Of a stretch of DNA of 64,000 nt, positions 58,180-64,000 are shown in pieces. Each line of letters begins with the position of its first letter. The stretch's first letter is position 1. The stretch is from an uncultured Thermoleophilia bacterium (GTDB taxonomy: Bacteria; Actinomycetota; Thermoleophilia; UBA2241): NCBI GenBank assembly GCA_963784975.1, contig CAWAUK010000044.1, positions 33,523 through 97,522 on the forward strand. Reading direction: 5' to 3'. The notes under the pieces were generated by a model, which did not search any database, was not told where the DNA came from, and was given only the letters and a program-made list of their open reading frames with translations. A program made the position numbers and the translations under genes.

Positions 58180-58450
58180 ACGCGCGCCGGCGGTAGCCGG
58201 CGGAGACGCGAAGACGGTGGCCGGGGCGGGTGGCCGGAGGGAGCACCCGCCCCGGCCTTTCGCTGAGCGCGATCACCGTCGCGCTCACGCGGCTTGCCGG
58301 CGAGAGCGGTTGCGGTTGCGCCGGCCGGGGCCGGACGGCGCGGCCGGGGAGGCCGCCGCTCCGGCTGCCGGGCGCGCACTGGGTGGACGCCCCGGGTGGT
58401 GCAGGGAGGCGGGGCGGGCGCCACGCGGCACCCCGCCCGCCCCGTCTCCC

Positions 58451-59810
58451 CTACGTCGCCGCCTCCGGCGGCTGACCGTCTTCCGCCGGCGCCGCGACTT
58501 GCGCGGCGGCGTGTCCCACGGCGGGCGTCCCGCCGGAGCCGGGGAGGCTGCGCCCCCTGACGGCCGCGAGCAGCGCCTCCTCGTCGGCGAAGAACTGCGC
58601 ACCGGCGGCGGCCAGTTCGTCGACGGCGCCGGCGAAGTCGTTGGCTCGCACGCCCTCGTCGGCCCACACAGGGATTCCCGCGGCCAGCGCCTCGCGAGCC
58701 GCGGCGATGTTGCGCGCGTTGCCGTGGCTCACCGGGATGGCGCTCACGACGACGAGATCGGCGGTGTGCAGCAGCTCCAGATTCTCGGCGTGCGCCTCGT
58801 CACCGACCGGCGAGAACGGCGCCTCCACGGCCATCTCGAGGCCGAGCTCACGACCCGTCTCCTCGTCGGTGTCGAGAGCGTTGAGGACGCCGGCGGTGAC
58901 TTCGTAGCCGGCGTCCGCCAGCTCGCGCATCATGCCGGCGCCGGTGCCGCCGCCGCAGATCAGGTGGACGCGGCCGCGGCGCTCGCCGCGCAGCCGCGGC
59001 GAGAACGTGAGGTACGTGCGTCCGGCGTGCCGGTGCAGGTAGGCGCGCACGCCGTAGACGGCCTCGACGACCTCGGGCCGCAGCACGTCGTCGGGCGGCC
59101 CGAATGCGGCGACCTCCCCGTCGCTCAGCACCAGCAGCTTGTCGAAGTAGTGCAGCGCCAGGTTCAGGTCGTGGAGGACGCAGAGCACAGTGAGCCCGTC
59201 GGCGTTGAGCTCCTTGAGCAGGTCGAAGAGCCGCAGCTGATGCGAGACGTCGAGGGCGGAGGCAGGCTCGTCGAGCAGCAGCAGGGGAGCCTGCTGCATG
59301 AGCGCCTGAGCGAGCACCACGAGCTGCTTCTCGCCGCCGGAGAGCTCCGAGAACCGGCGGCTCGCGAGGTCGGCGACCCCGAGACGCGCCAGCGTCAGCT
59401 CGGGGTCGCCGCAGCGCCGGGTCCTTACCGAGGCAGTAGCTGCCCATCTCGACCACCTCGCGCACGGCGAGGTCGAAGTCGAGGTCGAAGTGCTGCGGCA
59501 CCAGCGCGACCTCGCGCGCCATGTCCCGGCGCCGGTACCGGCGCGTCGGCACGCCCTTGACGAGCACCTGACCGGCCGCCGGCTGGTGGATGCCGTCGAT
59601 GAGGTCGACCAGCGTCGACTTGCCGCTGCCGTTGGGGCCGACGATGCCGACGAAGTCGCCGGCCTGCAGCGCGAAGCTGATGCGGCGGAGCACGGGACGC
59701 TCGTCGTAGGCGAAGTCGACGTCCTTGAGCGCGACGAGCGGGGCGGCCGGGGCGGCCTGCCCGGCGGCGCCTGTAGGCGGGGTCACGTCGCGAGGCTGCG
59801 ACGTGGCCAT
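58451..59810 (-). CDS. cobalamin/iron-chelate ABC ATP-binding protein with C-terminal extension, frameshifted near 59420
   Basis: GPNGSGKST, LSGGEKQ, LLDEPASALD, VLHDLN, RVHLICGGGTG extension. Confidence 0.85.
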
Positions 59811-60808
59811 CACGCCCGCCTCCCGCGCCGCAGCAGGTACACGAACAGCGGCGCGCCCACGAACGTGGTGACCACGCCGACCGGGATCTCGTTGGGCGCG
59901 ATGACCGTGCGCGAGAGCAGATCGGCCACGACCATCAGCGAGGCGCCGGCCAGCAGGGAGACCGGGATCAGCCCGCGGTGTCCCGGTCCCATCAGCAGCC
60001 GCACGATGTGCGGCACGACCAGACCGACGAAGGCGATGATGCCGCTCACCGAGACGGCCAGAGCGGTGAGCACCCCGGCCGTCACCAGCAGCATGCGCTT
60101 GGTGCGCTCGACCTCCACGCCGAGCTCGAGCGCGCGCTTCTCCCCCTGCAGCAGGATGTCCATCTCCCGCGTGAAGAACAGCGGCAGGATCATGAACGGG
60201 ATCGTCACCAGGGCGATGCGCACATCGGGCCAACCGCGCCCGGAGAAGCTGCCCATGAGCCAGTAGATGATCGCCGTCATGTCCTCGTTGGCCTTGATCA
60301 TCAGGACGGTGACGAGGGCGCTGGCGAGGTACGAGATGGTCACGCCGGCGAGCAGGAGCACGAAGATGTCGATACGGCCCCGCCGGCGCGCCGCCATCCA
60401 GACAAGGACCAGCGTCCCAAGGCCACCGACGATGGCGAGCACGCTGATCCACGGCAGGTTGGAGAGGTGCAGGACGATGCCGATGGTGGCGCCGAGCGCG
60501 GCGCCCGACGAGACGCCGGTGACATATGGGTCGGTCAGCGGGTTGAGGAAGAGCCCCTGGAGGATCACGCCGGCCACGGCCAGCGCCGCGCCGACAAGCG
60601 CGGCGGTGAGGACGCGCGGCATGCGGATCTGCCAGAAGATCGCGTTGTCGAGGTCTCCCTGGGCCGGCCCCGCGAGCAACAGGTGCCAGATCCGTCCCGC
60701 GGACAGCGAGGCCGGTCCCAGGGCGAGCGCCAGCACGAGGCAGACGACGAAGATGCCGGCGGCCAGGAGGATCCCCGGCCACAAGCCTGTGCGGGCGAGC
60801 TTGCTCAC
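59810..60808 (-). CDS. FecCD/BtuC-family ABC permease
   Basis: IRMPR, QGLFLNPLTDPYVTGVSSGA, GIIAFVGLVVPH, EIPVG. Confidence 0.92.
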   Translation of the reverse strand: MSKLARTGLWPGILLAAGIFVVCLVLALALGPASLSAGRIWHLLLAGPAQGDLDNAIFWQIRMPRVLTAALVGAALAVAGVILQGLFLNPLTDPYVTGVSSGAALGATIGIVLHLSNLPWISVLAIVGGLGTLVLVWMAARRRGRIDIFVLLLAGVTISYLASALVTVLMIKANEDMTAIIYWLMGSFSGRGWPDVRIALVTIPFMILPLFFTREMDILLQGEKRALELGVEVERTKRMLLVTAGVLTALAVSVSGIIAFVGLVVPHIVRLLMGPGHRGLIPVSLLAGASLMVVADLLSRTVIAPNEIPVGVVTTFVGAPLFVYLLRRGRRA

Positions 60809-61764
60809 GGAGCGGGCGAGGCCTCCGGGTGGATCATCTCGGCCAGCTTCTGCAGGCCCTCGGCGAGACGCGGACCGGGGCGCGCGATGATGCTGTCCTC
60901 GATCACGTAGACCTTGCCGTCCTTGACGGCGGTGAGCTCGCTGAAGCCGGCGCGCTTGGTGATGTCGCCGGGAGCGCTCATGGACCCGGAGTCGGCGATG
61001 TAGACCTGCGGGTCGTCCTTGACCAGCACCTCGGTGCTGAAGTTCGGGAACCCGCTCCCGGCCTGGGCGCCGATGTTCTCGCCGCCGGCGATGGTGATCA
61101 TGTCGTCGATGAAGGTGCCGGAGCCGGCCGTCATCAGCGGCTTGCTGTAGATCTCGAGGAAGGTCGTCGCCTTGGGCAAGTCGCCGACCTTCGCCTGCAC
61201 TTCCTGCCGGGCGACGGTCATCTTGTCGGCGACCGCCGCGGCGGTGGCCTCGGTGCCGGCGAGCTTGCCGACGTTCTCGATGGTCGCGATGGTACCGTCG
61301 TAGGTCTTGGGGTCGACCACGTAGACCTTCATGCCGAGAGCCTCGAGCTTGCTGCGCAGCTTGTCCTGGATGCCGCCGGCGGCGAGGACCAGGTCCGGCG
61401 AGTACGAGGCGATCTTCTCGATGTTCGGGTTGGCGAAGTCGCCGATCTTGGGCAGGGTCTTTGCCTCTTCCGGATAGTCGTCGTAGCTGGTGCCGGCGAC
61501 CATCTTGTCGCCGGCGCCGATGGCATAGGCGATCTCGGTGTTGGCCGGCGCGAGGCTGACGATCTTCGCGGCGGCCTGGTCGAGCGTGACCTCGGTGCCG
61601 GAGTCGTCGGTGACGGTGATGGGGCCGGCCGCGGCCGCCGACGGGGAGCTCGAGGCGGTGGAGCCGGAGCTCGAGCCGCAGGCGCTCAGGGCGACGACGC
61701 CTCCAGCGAGGATCGCGATGAGGAGGAGCGCCGCGGTGAGGCGGCCGATACGGGTCGTAGACAT
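60805..61764 (-). CDS. BtuF-like substrate-binding lipoprotein
   Basis: LSAC lipobox, IVSLAPANTE, NIEKI, AVKDGKV, RPGPRL. Confidence 0.88.
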   Translation of the reverse strand: MSTTRIGRLTAALLLIAILAGGVVALSACGSSSGSTASSSPSAAAAGPITVTDDSGTEVTLDQAAAKIVSLAPANTEIAYAIGAGDKMVAGTSYDDYPEEAKTLPKIGDFANPNIEKIASYSPDLVLAAGGIQDKLRSKLEALGMKVYVVDPKTYDGTIATIENVGKLAGTEATAAAVADKMTVARQEVQAKVGDLPKATTFLEIYSKPLMTAGSGTFIDDMITIAGGENIGAQAGSGFPNFSTEVLVKDDPQVYIADSGSMSAPGDITKRAGFSELTAVKDGKVYVIEDSIIARPGPRLAEGLQKLAEMIHPEASPAP

Positions 61765-61792
61765 GGCGATGGTGGCTCCCTTCGTGAATTGG

Positions 61793-62560
61793 CTAGACGT
61801 ACCTGAGGACGTGGTGACCCTCGCGCTCCTCAGTCCCCTTCCACACGAGTGGGACGGTACGCGAGAACAGCGGGGCCTTGGTGACCATGGTGTGGTACTC
61901 GCCTGCTTCGCCGCAGGCGTCGGCTCCGGCAGCCTCGAGGCGGCCGATGACGTCATCGTCCAGCTCGAGGCCCAGGAACTCGGCGCCCAGCTTGGACGCG
62001 TCGACTGCGACGATAGTGGCACGGGAGTCGCCGGCCAGGAACTCGTCGAGCAGCCGGCGGCGCGGCTCCTGCCACAGCGGCAGGTGACAGCCGAGGCCGG
62101 CGACCTCGCAGACGTTCTCGACCCAGTCGCGGTGCGCCTGCAGGTCGATGTCGCCGAACACGCCGGCCTCCACGCCCTGCCCGCGCAGCTCGTGGAGGAG
62201 CGAGACGTAGGTCGCCTCGTACTCGTCCCACGTCGTGGCGCTCGCGACGAGCGGGATACCGAGCACGGCGGCCTGCTCCTCGAGCAGCGCGAGCGGCAGG
62301 CCGTGGCCGCGGCTCACGCTGCCGTCTTCGTGGAGCATGCAGACGAGGGCGGCCGGTACGCCGCGGCGCAGCGTCGCGCGCTGCAGCGCGAGGTAGGCGT
62401 CCTTGCCGCCGCTCCACGAGCAGAACAAGCGCCGGCCGGCAAGCGGATCGGGCCCTGCGCCAGCCGGGCCGGCGCTCGAACCGGCTCGATCGGCGAGCGA
62501 CGCGCCGGCGGACCGGCCGTTGGCGGACGGAACGCTGGTCCGCGGCGCGTCACTCGCCAT
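61793..62560 (-). CDS. DUF71 / diphthine-ammonia-ligase-like PP-loop ATPase
   Basis: SWSGGKD, VFGDIDL, PLW, DACGEAGEYHT. Confidence 0.85.
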   Translation of the reverse strand: MASDAPRTSVPSANGRSAGASLADRAGSSAGPAGAGPDPLAGRRLFCSWSGGKDAYLALQRATLRRGVPAALVCMLHEDGSVSRGHGLPLALLEEQAAVLGIPLVASATTWDEYEATYVSLLHELRGQGVEAGVFGDIDLQAHRDWVENVCEVAGLGCHLPLWQEPRRRLLDEFLAGDSRATIVAVDASKLGAEFLGLELDDDVIGRLEAAGADACGEAGEYHTMVTKAPLFSRTVPLVWKGTEEREGHHVLRYV

Positions 62561-63002
62561 GGTCGCCCTCCCTCACAGCGCGACAGGAGGGGCAGATGCC
62601 GTACACCTCGAGGTGATGGCCGTAGATGGTGAACCCGGTGGCCTCCGCGAGCTTCGCCTCGAGCTCGGCGACGTCGCCGTCGCCGTCGAAGCGCACGACC
62701 CGCCGGCAGACGCCACAGATGAGCGGGTGACTGTGGCCGATGGGCGGCGCGATGAAGCGCATCTCGCCGCGCCCATCCTGCACGCGCGCGAGCAGGCCGA
62801 GGTCGCTGAGGAGCTGGACCGTGCGGTACACCGTGGCTTGGCCCACGCCTTCGATGCGCAGGGCGTCGGCCGCCTCGGTGATGGCGGCGGCGCGGTCGGC
62901 GCCGGCGAAGAAGTCCCAGATCTGCCGGCGCTGCCGCGTGAACGGGATGCCCTTCTGACGGAAGACGGCCTCGATCTCATGCGCCGGCTGCGGGTCGGTC
63001 AA
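62550..63002 (-). CDS. Fur-family transcriptional regulator
   Basis: TRQRRQI, GQATVYRT, HSHPLICGVC, HHLEVYGICPSC. Confidence 0.9.
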   Translation of the reverse strand: MTDPQPAHEIEAVFRQKGIPFTRQRRQIWDFFAGADRAAAITEAADALRIEGVGQATVYRTVQLLSDLGLLARVQDGRGEMRFIAPPIGHSHPLICGVCRRVVRFDGDGDVAELEAKLAEATGFTIYGHHLEVYGICPSCRAVREGDHGE

Positions 63003-63024
63003 CTCGTGTACTCCCCAAGCTCCA

Positions 63025-63065
63025 GTTGAGAACTGTTCTCAACAGTGTTGAGAAAACCTATCAAC
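63025..63065. promoter_or_regulatory. tandem Fur-family operator boxes
   Basis: Perfect 9-1-9 palindrome GTTGAGAAC-T-GTTCTCAAC (63025-63043) plus imperfect copy GTTGAGAAAACCTATCAAC (63047-63065). Confidence 0.8.
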
Positions 63066-63155
63066 CGGCAGCGAGGCCGTCAACTCCTGCCGGTGCCTCC
63101 GCAACGGGCACGTGACTCGACGCCCCCCAGGGCTCCGAGTAGCATGCGCACGATC

Positions 63156-63818
63156 ATGCGCTACGCGATCCAGCGATTGGTGCTCCTCGCCCTGTTCGCG
63201 GTCCTGCTGTTCGGGGCCGCCGGACGGGCGGCGTGGCCGCGTGGATGGGCCTACGTCGTCACGGTGTTGCTCCTCGAGCTCGTGACTCTCGTGCTGCTGG
63301 CCGTCCGCTCCCCGGACACCCTTCGCCGGCGTGGGCGCGCCGGCGCCGGCGTCGAGCGCTTCGATCGTGTCTTCGCCGTGCTGTGGCTGACGCTCGCCGT
63401 CCTGACGCCGGTAGTCGCGGGCCTGGACGTGCGCTTCGGGTGGTCGCCACTGCCCTGGTCCGCCTTCTTCGCCGGCCTCGCCGTGATGGTCCCGGCCTCG
63501 CTCTTCGGGGACTGGGCGATGGTGGGGAACGAGCACTTTGAGCAGTTCGTCCGCATCCGGCATGACCGCGGCCAGCGCGTCGTGACGACCGGCCCCTACC
63601 GACTCGTCAGGCATCCGGGCTACCTGGGAGCCGTCCTCGGGGCCCTGGTGACGCCGCTGCTGCTCGGCTCCGCTTGGACGTTCGTCCCGGCTGTCCTGGT
63701 CGCGACCCTCTTCGTGGTGCGGACGGGCCTCGAGGACAAGACCCTGAGAGCCGGCCTCGCAGGCTACGAGGACTACACGCGGCACACGCGCTTCCGCCTC
63801 GTGCCGTGGATCTGGTAG
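63156..63818 (+). CDS. isoprenylcysteine carboxylmethyltransferase (ICMT/PEMT) family membrane protein
   Basis: VVTTGPYRLVRHPGYLG, RTGLEDKTL, GYEDY, RLVPWIW. Confidence 0.88.
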   Translation: MRYAIQRLVLLALFAVLLFGAAGRAAWPRGWAYVVTVLLLELVTLVLLAVRSPDTLRRRGRAGAGVERFDRVFAVLWLTLAVLTPVVAGLDVRFGWSPLPWSAFFAGLAVMVPASLFGDWAMVGNEHFEQFVRIRHDRGQRVVTTGPYRLVRHPGYLGAVLGALVTPLLLGSAWTFVPAVLVATLFVVRTGLEDKTLRAGLAGYEDYTRHTRFRLVPWIW

Positions 63819-63924
63819 GCGAGCCGGACGACCTATGCTCGCCTACGTCTGCGTGCGCGACCGTCGTCCCAGGAACCCATCTGACGAACGGCCATCCGGA
63901 CCGTGACGCCGGCGCGCGTCCGGG

Positions 63925-64000
63925 TCAGAGGTCGCCGCGGCGCTGCAGGAGGACGAAGGTCAGCCAGCCCGGCAGGATCGGCAGCCAGAAGGTGACGATG
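63925..64000 (-). CDS. C-terminus of lysylphosphatidylglycerol synthase TM-domain (UPF0104-like) protein, partial
   Basis: ...IVTFWLPILPGWLTFVLLQRRGDL* by manual translation. Confidence 0.55.
   Translation of the reverse strand, partial: IVTFWLPILPGWLTFVLLQRRGDL

Overview
This is a very GC-rich bacterial window. The many leaderless genes and the promoter types point to Actinomycetota, probably a Thermoleophilia-like lineage with anaerobic traits (inference). It holds about 63 housekeeping and accessory genes, and I found no rRNA, tRNA, CRISPR array, IS or prophage. About 25 single-base indels break otherwise intact genes, most likely long-read consensus errors. Recognisable content: gltX, an EtfB-EtfA-acyl-CoA dehydrogenase operon, an M14 peptidase coupled to four tandem GAF-GGDEF genes, yhaM, a CymR-like Rrf2-metY-metX-metW cluster, murB, an ECF sigma/anti-sigma pair, fabI, a dipeptide epimerase with an Opp/Dpp ABC transporter, TetR-mmsA and a Fur-DUF71-Btu-like ABC operon. 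Main leads: (1) an unannotated ~55-nt sRNA candidate at ~29425-29480. It has a sigma28/WhiG-type promoter and an intrinsic terminator, lies beside the diguanylate cyclase array, and its 5' seed pairs 14/15 nt with the ribosome-binding site of a zinc-ribbon gene 26 kb away (3616-3630). (2) A BCP peroxiredoxin with UGA at the peroxidatic Cys and a SECIS-like hairpin (selenoprotein). (3) A DnaJ-type CxxCxGxG zinc finger inserted in an OppF ABC ATPase. (4) An ECF sigma that apparently starts at ATA. (5) A hidden 41-aa ORF and several clear operator sites. All calls come from reading the sequence and recognising motifs; no database search was run.
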